A DNA stretch of 63,790 nt, counting the filler, from Octopus bimaculoides (Eukaryota), in assembly GCF_001194135.2 (NCBI RefSeq). It is 6 parts of 6 records of this genome, joined end to end, with 100 filler letters (N's around TTAATTAATTAA, not from the genome) between each part and the next. Parts side by side here need not be neighbours in the genome. Positions count along the whole stretch, not along the records: positions 1 to 14,011 come from NC_068981.1; 5 more parts are not named here. One strand, written 5' to 3'. Numbering within the stretch: position 1 is the first letter of the stretch; each line of letters opens with the position of its first letter. The position numbers were made by a program, and so were the translations under genes. Below, piece by piece: positions 1-12,669 of the stretch. Below the pieces are notes generated by a model. The model had not been told where the DNA came from. It saw nothing but the letters and a program-made list of their open reading frames with translations, and made no database searches.

Positions 1-53
1 CATCTTATATGCCGACCAATACGGCGAATAACTCTCTGTCTCCCTTTATAACA

Positions 54-105
<52 letters not shown>

Positions 106-295
106 GCCTGCCTGCTTGCCTGCCTGCCTGCCTGCCTGCCTACCTGTCTGTGTGTCTGTCTGTGTGTCTGTCTGTGTGTCTGTCTGAGTGTCTGTCTGTG
201 TGTCTGTCTGTGTGTCTGTCTGTGTGTATGTCTGTCTGTCTGGCTGGCTGGCTGGTTGGCTGTCTTTCTGGTTCTCTGTCCGTTTGCTTGTGTGG
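54..295. repeat. Compound tetranucleotide microsatellite (TATC)n-(CTGC)n-(CTGT/GTGT)n-(CTGG)n
   Basis: Directly visible. Confidence 0.95.
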
Positions 296-1702
296 ATGTG
301 TGCGTTTCTATTAGAGTTTTCTGTTGTGTGTGTTGTTTGTGATATTAATGTATCTCATTGAATGCTATGATTTTTAATTTGCCAAATATTACTATAAGTT
401 AGTTCTACAGTTTGGGTTTTGTAAATTTTCAGTTTTAAAGGTCAACAAATAATTTTTCCTCAATAAAGCCTCTTATTCATATCAAGCCAACCTTAAAATT
501 AGTATAGCAGGAAATATACTTTCAAGAGAGCGCTGTAAAGAATGAGTGATGACGTCATTTCATCGCATACATTTAACTTTTATAGCCTTTAGATAAGATG
601 TTATGTCGAGTTTGCTGTGATTTCTTTCTGTTGAACAGGCACACCAAGCTATTCTATTTTCATTTATTCAGAGTGTGGGGAGGGATAATGTAGCGATGTA
701 ACTTAAAATTTCATTGAAATATTCTGAGAATTGCGAAGACATATATTTCTACTGCGATACTGTTACTGAGATATAACTTCATTATATGAAAAGTCTGAGA
801 TCTATTGTTGAAATTATGAAGCCACTCAAGCTGGAGATGAATTATATTTCACTCTAGATGAAAGAATAAATCAATTTTATAAATTTCCAATAAATCATGA
901 CTATACCGAAACTAATTAGTTCTGTAGTGAGGAAACATGTTTATCACGTTTCATCAATAGACTAAGATAGCAAGTCTTCTCACTGATGTAAATAAGCTGT
1001 CACAGCACAGAGGAAATATCGAAAAGTCGTGCTAACTACCTAGGGAGTTTTCTGAATCAAGACATGCGGAAAACCTTTTACTGCGTTGAATAGGGTCAAC
1101 TCATGACAATCCATCTGTGCAAACCCAATTCGATTTCCAGCTGTCAACAATTTACGGTTATTTCATTAGCTACTTCACGTATGTCAGTTATACCCCTTAG
1201 AAAAGCATAGCCATCAAAATATCCATCACCACTCGCTATCAATATGTTGCCTTGTAATTATATTTATCTATGTATCTATCTTATGTTGATAGATGCATAG
1301 CACACACAAACCATACAAACAAAGACAAATATGCGCATGTACATTCACGCTTTCACACTCACACACTTTGTAAAGATTCGAACAAAATGGTCGGATTTAG
1401 ATTCCGAGTTCAAATCTGAGTCGACTTTTGTTTCCGTTTTTTTTTTTTTTCGAGGTCGAAAAAATACTACAAGACTATAAACTCATATATAATGGTTAAC
1501 ATGCACACAGCATGAAAACAGGCACCTAGGAAACACATATTCATTGCTATGAGTATACATAAATTTATTACAGATAGTAGATGCCAGCTAACTTCAACTG
1601 GTTTTGTTCAGAAGCTTGGAAAATTGCTGAATTGGTTCTTTATACAAGCCATATTCAGTGTCACATGAATACGGTATCAACTTGAATATTATACCGAATC
1701 AC

Positions 1703-1747
<45 letters not shown>

Positions 1748-2587
1748 TACATGGCGCACCAACTCAGATATGCAAACGAATATGACTATGTACGAATCAC
1801 TAACTTACACATTTGACTACACACAACTGCCTCACATACATATATGCATTCTTAAACCTACAGGTATTCTTTCCTAGTATTTTAAGATTATATACTCTAG
1901 CCTGATATTCAACCAGGTCTGGTTTCATTTGTATATTTTTCACTCTATTCATTACGTAGGTTTTCGTACATCAAACTTTTACAGTATTTCCCATGCAAGA
2001 GAACACTACAATGTATACGGAAAACGCCTTATCAATACTCAAGCTCTTTTCAGTTAGATTACCTGCTGCTCATCTATACAATTTAAACAGCATTTCTGTT
2101 CCTGCATTCACCTATTCTGATGCACATACCTGTATACACTTCATCTCTACATTTCCTGCACTTTTGTCGTTTTTCCTCAATACACTGTTACTTGTCATTT
2201 CAGTGGCAGTGGTTTCTATAAAAGGAATATTGGTAGAGTCCCAAACACCAACTTATTACCTAGGAATCGAACTCGAAATACTGTGCTCAGATGTAAAAGT
2301 ATCTAGATAACACAAAGAGAATTCTGTCAAAATAGTGATGACGCCAACAAACAAGTACCCATTCAAATCTTATATAAACACATTAAGAACTTATTTTAAT
2401 TAGTAACTGGACTTAGTTGTTATGAACAAATATTTTTTAGATAAGCAACATATTGAAATCTCATTGGCGATTTTTTCTTTGACGACCTTTACTTTGACAG
2501 ACTATTGGATAGGATATACATAAATGGTTTATCTGATAACTAGTCAGTGGTCGTACGCAGCCAAAATCAATGGCTGCAGAAATTTAT

Positions 2588-2671
2588 GCCACTCAACCTC
2601 TGTTACAGAATTTGACGACTTCAGGCCACTCAACCTCTGTTACAGAATTTGACGACTTCAGGCCACTCAAC
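2588..2671. repeat. Perfect 37-bp tandem duplication (2.3 copies)
   Basis: gccactcaacctctgttacagaatttgacgacttcag twice, then gccactcaac. Confidence 0.95.
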
Positions 2672-2799
2672 GACAGATACTATCGTTGCTGCCCCACATC
2701 TCCCATGAAGTACCTTTTTTCTGTCGTTCGTCGCAACATCTTTTTGGCAATGAACATTTTGTAATACCTGAAATTATGTGTTTTATGTACACTGTTTAT

Positions 2800-3040
2800 T
2801 TTAGCCTGACTGGTGTCCTCATCTTGATAGCTGCTTTCACTACGTTTCGGCTTTTCAACATCCCAGCCTTCTTGAGATGTCTTCTGTTGAGCTGTGTACA
2901 CCCGTGGATAAAATAAAGTGTTAGGTTCGAAATTCCGATACAACAACCGAGTTCAAGAGTTCAACGCAAAACACCTGCAGAAGGCTGGAGCGTACAACGT
3001 AGTGAAGGTAACAAACAATATCAAGACAGCAATCCCACTA
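2800..3040. mobile_element. Two decayed, divergently oriented copies of the 57149 hammerhead-bearing repeat
   Basis: Minus copy (about 2838-2882): GACAU-CUCAAGA-A-GGCUG...AAGCC-GAAACGUA-GUGAA followed by caagatgaggac, as after 57194. Plus copy (about 2970-3010): aacacctgcagaaggctggagcgtac..aacgtagtgaagg, with the CAGCCGAA segment deleted. Confidence 0.6.
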
Positions 3041-3872
3041 ATATAATCAGTATATATTAGATATTTTGAATGTGGAACTTCACTTAGACTTTTGTTCTTC
3101 CGTCTGTAAACCAACCAAAATATTCTTAACCTAAATTCATTATAAAAACAATTGTGTAAAACACTTTAAATGCTAACAAAAGCAAATATATAAAGAGTCT
3201 TAAATTAACTCTAATCGTACATCAGAAAAGCGAAATTATACAGCATTTGAAATGAAGAAGAGATCGGAATACTATCATTGTGAACATAGCGTAAGTTCTT
3301 CATCAATTTATGGCATAGAAGTTAATAAAATTTGTAGTTCATTCACAAGTAAGTAAAGGTTTTCATGCGTTGCATGTATTCATAAAATCGAAACTTTCAG
3401 AATTAGATGCTGTGTTATTTAAGTAGTTTAGTGCAAAGAGACCTGGGGGGTATAACGATTTCGGGATCAATGGTCATTGAAAAGGTCAAGCAGCTTCATG
3501 AATATATGGACATGCCGGAGGCTAGCGTGTTTTCAGTTGGATGGTTTGGAGACTTGCAAATATGACGTGATATTCGCAAGCTTAAATTCTCTGGCTAATA
3601 GACGTCAGCAAATATTCAGGTTTCTAAAGAAATACATTCAGATAATTGATGACCTACTTAAGAAGGAAGATTTAACCCTTAGTTATATTAGTAACAGAGA
3701 GGAAATAGTATTTGCTGCATATAATCCTGCCTTGTGAAAGGGAAACGAGGCCTGCAGGTTTGCTGCATGTGTTAGCGATGAATTATGCATTTTTTGGAAG
3801 ATAAGATTATTTTTCAATAAACCGGCATTTGATATTCAAGGACTACCCAGGTCCCTTGAGTGTCAGAGTAGT

Positions 3873-4152
<280 letters not shown>

Positions 4153-4391
4153 ATTTATATGGAGAATATATACAAGTTATTTGTTCCTATGCAGACGCTC
4201 ATTTTTACTGAAATTGCCTTCATGTATCGAAGTGAGAACAACGAATGGACGAATGTGGTTGCGAATCACCGTATATTATTCATCATGAAACACGTAAATA
4301 CACGTTCGTGATTGCGTGCATATAATTACGTACAACTAATGCATGTGTGCATATGTGAAACGATGTATGATCATGTATACCTGTTTCTGAC

Positions 4392-4624
4392 CATGGGTAA
4401 AAGTTCTTGGCTTTGTGAAAAAGTTCCTAGCTTAGAGTAAAAGAAAATACAGGAGGACCATTTAATTATAATTTTATTCAACATATTCCTCTCTCTGATT
4501 CAAACACTCATTGCAGTAGTCCTTCAGTTTTTCTAAGTCCTGTAAAAGAACTCAGAAGGTTAGGACTTTAACGAGGCCCTTCGCAATACCCCTAAAGCCA
4601 GGTAGGTTTCAGCACCCCCTCGTA
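4392..4624. mobile_element. Mariner-type MITE, left TIR degraded
   Basis: Right end aaagccaggtaggtttcagcacccccTcgTA; the left end has partial matches (aaaagttcttggcttt, aaaagttcctagctt). Confidence 0.55.
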
Positions 4625-5544
4625 CATATGTATATGTATAGACGCAGGTATAGCTGTATAGTCAAGAAGCTTACTTTTCAACCACGAGCGCGTTCAGCCA
4701 CCACAGTGTCTTATATTATATAATGCTGCACGCGCGTGTGTTTGCGTTTGCATTTATCCACTCCACCGATTGACAACCGGTAGTGCTTTCTTTACGTCTC
4801 CGTGAACTAGGATTCGACGAGAGAGACCGATATAATAAATACCGGACTTGAAAAATAAGCTCTGGTGTCGATCTGTTCGAATAAACCCGTGAAGGCGGTG
4901 CCCGAGCATGGCTGCAATCAAATGACTGAAACAGGTAAAAGATGAAAGATAAGAGATACGGAAAGCTTGACATAAGTGTACCTGCGCATATGAAAATATA
5001 TATGCATATGTTATTCATTAACGTATGTATGTATGTATGTATGTATATTTTTAAAAAGTAAAAAAAAATATGGTGGTAAAATGGTTGTACATGTCGATGC
5101 ATACATACCGACACATATATCACACACATTACACAATCTGTTTCTCGTAAATTCCCCCTCATATTAATCAACATATACGTACACATGCTCATACCCTCAC
5201 AAATTCGAACGAATGCCATAAAGAGTAAATACATGTGACAGAAATTTGGAGAAGAAATGGTCGTGGCAAAGCGAGAACGTATCATTGATTAGGTCTCAGA
5301 GGGTTAAGAATGAACTCTAACAAGTCAGATGGTTAATTTGTCGAACGATTAACCAATCAATCAATAAATTATTTAAATAGTTAATTAGTTAATTAGTTTA
5401 TAATAAAAATAAGTGAAATCGAACCACCCGTGTGTGTAGATATCTTATTGGCAAAACGAGTCTCCCAAGACACAACATCTGTTTGAATGCACGTTCTCAC
5501 ATCAAGAAGCGTGAAGAACAGGTACTGAAACAAAATAATAATCA

Positions 5545-6182
5545 TTTCTAATTTTGGTACAAGGCCAGCAATTTTTGAGACGAGGGGGCAAGTTGATTAC
5601 ATCGACCTCAGTACTTGAATGCTATTTTATGTTATCGACCCTTTAAGACAATATTGACACCGGCCTTATTTGAACTCAGAGTATAATGAGTTGGAAGAAA
5701 TGACGCGAAGCATTTTGTCCGATGTACTAGCGTTTCTGGAAGGTCACCGCCTTGAAGATGATCATGTTAATAATAATAATGATAATAATAATCCTTTCTG
5801 CTAAAGGCTCAAGACCTGAAATTTTGGGGGGTGGGGTGGAGAGATTAGTAGGTTACATCAACTCCAGTGCGTAACTGGTACATGTCGACCGTAGCGACGG
5901 ACGACATGCTGCTAAGTATTTTGCTAGCGTGCTTTCTGCCAGCTCGCCGCCCTAACTGGTTTCAAATTTTTGGCACAAGGCCAGAAATTTCGGGGATGTG
6001 GGTAAGTCGATAACATCGAACCAGTGCTCAACTGGTACTTATGTTATCGACCCCGAAATGTTGAAAGGCTAAGTCGACTTCGGCGGAATTTGAACTCAGA
6101 TGGTAAACACGGACGAAAGGCCACTAAACATTTCGCCCGGCGTGCTAACGATTCTGTCAGATCGTCGCCTTTAATAAAGATG

Positions 6183-6231
<49 letters not shown>

Positions 6232-6260
6232 TGATGATGATGATAATAATAATAAATAGA
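5545..6260 (+). mobile_element. Three tandem 5'-truncated copies of a short retroposon (family C) with (AAT)n tails
   Basis: The unit tttggtacaaggccagcaattt..gtcgat[t/a]acatcgacc.cagt..tattttatcgacccc..ggcggaatttgaactcag..gcatttcgcccggcgtgctaacg starts at about 5552, 5800 and 5968. (AAT)n at 5768-5790 and 6174-6257. Confidence 0.75.
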
Positions 6261-6596
6261 TAAATAAACATACACACATATATAAAATCTCGTATTTGAT
6301 TGCTTGTTCGCCTGTAGAGCAAAGAAGAGAATCGTTTTGCCAAAAATGCATAATACAAATAAACCTTTTCGTTGTCAAAAGTAATACAAAACATATTCAT
6401 TTGATAAAATTTCCTTTGTTTTAAGTTTTCTTTTAATCATAAAGTCCTCAGCATTTCTATATAGCTGCTATTTCAATCAATTTAGATTATCCTTTGTACG
6501 AAGTGGTTAGGAATCAATGATCTATTAAACATAACAGTACATTATTATTAACTTTACTGAAAGAGAAAGAAATATAGGGAAGTATGTAATAAAAGT

Positions 6597-6917
6597 GTGT
6601 GGAGGTGCAATGGCCCAGTGGTTAGGGCAGCGGACTTGCGGTCGGAGGATCGCGGTTTCGATTCCCAGACCGGTCGTTGTGAAATTTTATTGAGCGAAAA
6701 CACCTAAACTCTACGAGGCTCCAGCGGGGGGTGGTGGCGACCCTTGTTGTGCACTTTTGCCCCAACTTTCTCTCACTCTTTCTTCCTGTTTCTTGAGTAA
6801 CGCTGCGATGGACTGGCGCCCCGTCCAGCTGGGGGAACACATACACCATAGAAACCGGGAAATCAGGCCCATGAGCCTGGCTAGGCTTTGAAAGGGTGAC
6901 GTTTATCGTTTTTTTTT
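6597..6917 (+). mobile_element. tRNA-derived SINE, family A, full length
   Basis: A-box-like tggcccagtggtt and B-box-like ggtttcgattccc; T-rich tail; 14-bp TSD tatgtaat[a/g]aaagt at 6583-6596 and 6918-6931 with one mismatch. Confidence 0.85.
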
Positions 6918-7027
6918 TATGTAATGAAAGTATTTCTTTAGGATCGATTGTGTTCACAATTCATTACTAGTGTAACAGATAATTAGTATTAGTAATTGTA
7001 AACTTAGTTTGACATTTATACACATGT

Positions 7028-7340
7028 CGTGGCTGTGTAGTAATAAGTTTGCTTCCCAACCACAAGGTTCCGTGTTCAGTCCCACTGCATGATACTTCGG
7101 TCAAGTGTCTTCTACCGTATAGATTCGGTAGACTGAAACTGAAAGAAGACCGTCGTATATGTGTGTGCGTATGCCTTTGTGTCTGTGATTGTCTCCCACC
7201 ACCGCTTGACAGCTGGCGTTGGTGTGTTTAAGTCCCCGTAATATCGTGGTTCGGCAAAAAAGACCTACAGAATTACTTTCAGGGTTTAAAAAAAAGTACT
7301 GGGGTCAAATCGCTCTACTAAAATTCTTCAAAGTGATGCA
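7028..7340 (+). mobile_element. tRNA-derived SINE, family B (with internal (TG)n)
   Basis: gtggctgtgtagtaataagtttgcttcccaaccac..ggttc..gttcagtcccactg..ggtcaagtgtcttctac..actgaaagaagaccgtcgtatat; the same blocks recur at 24750, 28575, 36490, 44255 and 49670. Confidence 0.8.
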
Positions 7341-8827
7341 GTTCTCACTACAGCTAGTAGACATCCGTCAGTTGTTCGATGAAGACGTTTAATTTCAGCC
7401 ATTTTCAGATACGTCCTTGTTATGCAGTCTACCACGTACATGTTTAGAATTCCATCTCCAATCCATGTGCTTTTGCAACCGATGTCACCCATTTTGAAGA
7501 CTCACAATTATGCAATTAGCATTAACGGACTCTCTCAGTTGATTAGTTGTTCGTCTCTGTGTCATGGGAGAGTTTAATCGTGCCAGAATCCATGTTAGTA
7601 ATAGTTTTCGTTATTGGAAGGAATTTAAAAATAATCTTCATGCATTTATTTCCTTAAAATTTCGCTTTCAAATATAAGTCCTAAGCATTTGTGTATAGAT
7701 ATTATTTTGATGTAGTTGGATCTGTTCCAGATGAACAACAAAAAGTTACGCTCAATTCTTTTCACTCACTCACTCCTCCCTACCTCCCTCACTTCTGTCC
7801 ATCTCTTTTACGGAAGCAGCTACATTCGCTGAGAAAATGTCTGATGTGCAGTGTACAGGACTTACATCGTCTTTTCACCAGTAATAGTGTTAGGTTGAGC
7901 GAGGTTGGAAACACTTTTCATAGTAGCAATTTTCTTAGAAATACGAATGTAGCAAAGAAGTCATCCAATGTCTTGCATGCACTGAAATGGATATAAAGAA
8001 GACGATATACATACATACATATATGCATACATACATACATACATACATACATACATAGGTAAGTAGGTAGGTACATACATATATACATATATACACACAC
8101 ATATACATACATAGACATTTATATACATCCATAGCTCGCAGCCGCATACAACTAAGCACTTTTAATTGCTTTTGCCGACAATATAACTCTTGCCAGTACA
8201 TTAACAACCTTACCTCCATTACCAGATCTCCGTTACAATACCACATTACCCAGAACAGCTGTTGCATAGACATATATACATATTTATGTATATCTATATG
8301 TTTGAATATATACGCAGGCATTGATATATACACATACATGCACACTCGCACATGTCTTGGTCTTTACAAAAACGAATAAAAATTACTCAATACCTATACT
8401 TGTGGTTATATATTTATACAGCATTGGGTGCTGAAATTAAAAAGATGACAAGCTCGCCTGTTTTATGAACTTACAAACTATTGCAGCGTACAATCGATAG
8501 AGAAATGATGCCATAATAACAATATACCAAAAACAGCAAAATATTCTGAGGTCGACAAAGTTACAATATTCTGGTACATACTTATCTTAACTGTCTATAT
8601 TGAAAATAAAATGAAGGCAAATTTGTCCTAATCTCATGGTCACAAGAAATGGAATGTAAACGTTTTCTACAAAGTTATACGAATCAAGCATAACGGCTAT
8701 GTTATGGGCGTGTTATATCAGATTTTAAAACCTATAAATTACTGACACAGAAAATGTTTTGTTTCAATTCGATAATGTGTTACACAATATATCTATAACT
8801 TTTAACTAATATTATAGCAAGCAAAGA

Positions 8828-9260
8828 TATTGCATCAAGTTTTGCCAAAAGCTTGGTGATACTCAAGCTCAAACCATCTGGAAGATTCAGAGGCTTTTGG
8901 CGATAATGCCACGGGCAAAACACAGATCATGCAGTGGTACGGCACAACCACTTCAGACATGGTCAAGAACAACATGTCTTGTTCGACAGGCTCTCTATTC
9001 TCCTGACTTGGCACATGTTTTGACTTCTGGCTCTTTCTTAAACAGAAAACCACGCTGAAAGGCAAGTGACTTAAGCAGTGGGAGGAAATTATGAGAAAAG
9101 CGACGGCGGAGTTCCATATTATATCAGTGAGGGCTTTCTGGAGGTGTTACCAGCAGTGGGAAAACCGCTGGAAGAAGTGTATGAATTCCCAATGGAGTGA
9201 TTTAAGGGTGGTAATTTTTTTTATGCCTAACAGTCGGATACTTTTTGAACGCACCTCGTA
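8828..9260 (+). mobile_element. Mariner (Tc1/mariner) internally deleted remnant with right TIR
   Basis: CIKFCQKLGDTQAQTIWKIQ..FGDNA..KTQIMQWY (transposase HTH start) and YQQWENRWKKCMN (transposase C-terminus). Ends ...cggatactttttgaacgcacctcgTA. Confidence 0.75.
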
Positions 9261-10476
9261 TATGTTCAATTGCAAAAAGCTTAAATAAATAGATTACACC
9301 TATTAATTTATGTATATAGCAGAGACAGTTAAGGATAGTAATTATTTGCTGGTGAAATCTCAGCATACGATTGACTCTGAGCTGGGTTATTCTACTTTTT
9401 TCAGTCCCCGAGGTTATCGTCGATATGTTTATATATACAGTGTAAGATCGCCTTTCGTACAGTTTGTACATTCTCGTGTAATCCCAAGCGCTCGCACACA
9501 CACACGCGTGCGCGCGTACACCTGTATTTTCACAAGAAGTGAGACAAATCTATTTACGTTATCAGTAAGCTGATGACACTTCTGTCCATTACTAGGGGAG
9601 TCTTTGCTTACGTGATGTTCATAAAACTGGTCTAATTAATATCCGAAACTGTTAGCACAGAGTTATTGTGCAGTTTCTACAAGAACCGAGTCACAACCAT
9701 TATGATCTTCGTTACCAGGCAGCTTCATTATAAATGTAGGAAACAACAAAGCCAGTTGCTATTCGCCATATCTGTATTTCTACCCAAGGTTTTTCACATT
9801 GTAAACAGGAAACTTTCTGGAATGTTCTCAGAAAGTTCTCACGCTCACTTTGACGTTTTTCGGGAAGTCAGCGTTTCTATTTTTCTGCACGGGTGCAAGA
9901 AATAGACCACGTACAATCGACACATTAAGACGCAAGAGACATATATCCAGCATCCCAAGGTGATCCTGTCATTTACATGGTGAGATAGTATGACACAAAG
10001 ATCTCGTAAAGTTCATTTTGAAGAGACGCAACATCCACCCATTAAGGCCGAAAACATCACTAGCGTCGTTCATTTCGGCGATCTCACTGTTGGAGTGGAA
10101 CTGAAAATATAGAGGCTAAACAGACTTAGTACTACCAAGAGAAGTGGGAAAAGGAATGCGTACAAAGGAATACTTAGCGTTTGCGACTAAACATTTGCAT
10201 ATCCTGTCATCGATCAAAACGGCACATCAACGTTTTGGACATACAATTATCAAAGTATCCACAAATGAAGATGGTCATGAACGAATTCAATGGACACACA
10301 TAGGTAAGAAGTATGTGTCTATGTGTGTGTACATATGTCTCTGTATATTCATGCATACAAATTAATAATAAAAGGGTAAAATTAATCAATTAAATTTATT
10401 AATCAATCAATTAATTAATAATTTTACCAAGTAGATCGGTACGTTAAAATAACCTTTATAGGTAAAATTATACAAA

Positions 10477-11056
10477 TATTCTATAATAATAAACATAATT
10501 ATAATTAAGGGTCAGCTAATTGCTTCACCACATACCGAATTTAGAAATAGGAGTTAAAGATTACTTTTCTACAACTGTAAGAATCTCCACGACAGTAACA
10601 GACATTTATTATTAATTTGAAATTATAATTTACTCCATGATAGAATACTGTAGTTTTTTGCGGTACTGCTCGTAGCATACACGTGGGTACAAGGGATGAA
10701 TAGTGTATTCACATTCGGCTGTGTAAATTTTGGAAGTGTTGGTTGGATATCTGTTGCACGATGTCGCTCGATCGTGTGCATATTTAATCCTAGCACTTAC
10801 AAATTTTATAATTGGAAATGCTACACTGAAGAGAGAGGTAAGTAATTTAAACACTTTAATCTCGAAACGCGTATGTGGCTAATCGGAGTCGTGTTAATTC
10901 ATTGTTTTTCTCCTTGCGTACGTAAAAATGTGTGTTACTGTCGTGGAGATTCTTACAGTAGCAGAAAAGGAATTTTTAACTCCTATTTCTAAATTCGGTA
11001 TGTGGGGAAGCAATTAGCTGACCCCCTAATTATAATTATGTTTATAATTATAGAAT
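10477..11056. mobile_element. Inverted-repeat cassette (about 130-bp arms) enclosing a hammerhead ribozyme; PLE pseudo-LTR / non-autonomous PLE-like
   Basis: 10477-10607 is the reverse complement of 10926-11056 at roughly 90% identity by eye (e.g. gtcagctaattgcttc[a/c]ccacataccgaatttagaaataggagttaaa). The spacer contains a hammerhead core. Confidence 0.65.
10820..10879 (+). ncRNA. Minimal type I hammerhead ribozyme (PLE-type)
   Basis: Stem I GCUACA(10820-25)/UGUGGC(10874-79); core CUGAAGA(10826-32); stem II GAG...CUC(10833-35/10861-63); GAAA(10864-67); palindromic stem III ACGCGU; NUH triplet GUA, predicted cleavage after 10873. Confidence 0.8.
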
Positions 11057-12574
11057 ATGCATACATATATTAGACTGAAAGGGATATTGCGATATGATCT
11101 GTATTTGGTCGGAATGAATAAACTTAATGCTAACTCAGAATCGCACGAATGAAAATAGGTTCAAAAGTTTAATAGCTACTGTACAATATCAAAGAAATTC
11201 ACTTGGAAAGACATTAAGAAAGGTCTTAAAAACTAACTCTAAATAACTACTGTCTGGAAATGTATGATTGAAATGACCATCTTGTCTCTGGTTGCCCATT
11301 TGTATCTGAAACTGATTATGTTGAAAGGAAAAAAGTTGACAAGTTTGGCAGCTTTATGAATTTGGAAAATATTGTTACACCAAATCGATACAGAAAAGTT
11401 GCGGTGCACACATCATATCAAAATATCAAAATATTTTGAAAATGACAAACTTGTAATATTCTAGAACATAACTGTCTAATCTGTCTAAATGAAAGGAAAA
11501 TGAAGGCAAAGATGCCCTAGATATACTGTTCTACACATAGATATAGCAACCACAACGAGCTAAAAATCTTCTTATATAACGGGAGAGATTATGAAAATAC
11601 AATGTCACAAAATTGAGATCAAAGTGTAAATTACGTTAAACGCAGATTCGAATTAGTACGATAATAACAATTAGAAAACAGCAACAATAATCACTTTATC
11701 GAAAGGATGAAAAGCAAAGTCGACCTCGGCAGAATTTGAGCTCAGAACGTAAAGGCAGACAAAATACCGCAAAGCATTTCGCCCGCCGTGCTAACGCTTC
11801 TGCCAACTCGCCACCATCACTCGACAAAATATTAAATGCCAAACGGTTTAAGATGTAACCAAAACACTTTACAAACCTTCCAGTTCAGCATCCATAGAGA
11901 CTATACTTTGATATGTTCTGAGTATTTGAGTAAATGATAAAAAATCATTCTAAAACAGTCTTCCTTCATAACCCGTCTTTTTAACTGATCTACAATCCTG
12001 GGTGAAGTTAGACAAAATTGAATGGTGTTACAGTTTGTAAATGATAATCTTCTGGCATTGATGAGAATGTTTTGAATGACTTTATTCACTGGATATCCTT
12101 GTGGATTCTGCAGAATTTCTAAAATTATTTAGCCTAATAGCGCTAGCCGGCAAGCTGGTGTTGCAAGTAGAGGATAGGCTCTGCAATTAGTGATATCTGG
12201 ACAGCTTTCCTCCGACCAATTCAATTTGGAAAGAATAAATGAATGACTGAATAAATGAATAAATAAATAATGCTGGAGAAGGTGAGTAATGACTCATATC
12301 CACTCCGACAAACCTAATTTCATTTATAATTTGAGGAAAAGTTAGAAAGAGAAGTACATCCACCAAAATCTATTATGGAAAGTAGATTAGAGAAGATATT
12401 TTCGCGAGTATGAAACGAGCCAACATTTTAGTTTCGCGTATATTTCCTTTATATTCATTTGGTGGTTTTTCCCTGCTTTTGAAATCCTTTATTAACAATA
12501 TAACAATATATCTAAAATTTGCTTTTGTATTCATATATAAACGTGCGTGTGCAAAGGTGTGTGTATATACTAAC

Positions 12575-12575
<1 letters not shown>

Positions 12576-12668
<93 letters not shown>
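12576..12668. repeat. (TATC)n microsatellite abutting the L1/Tx1 5' end
   Basis: Directly visible. Confidence 0.95.
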
Positions 12669-12669
<1 letters not shown>

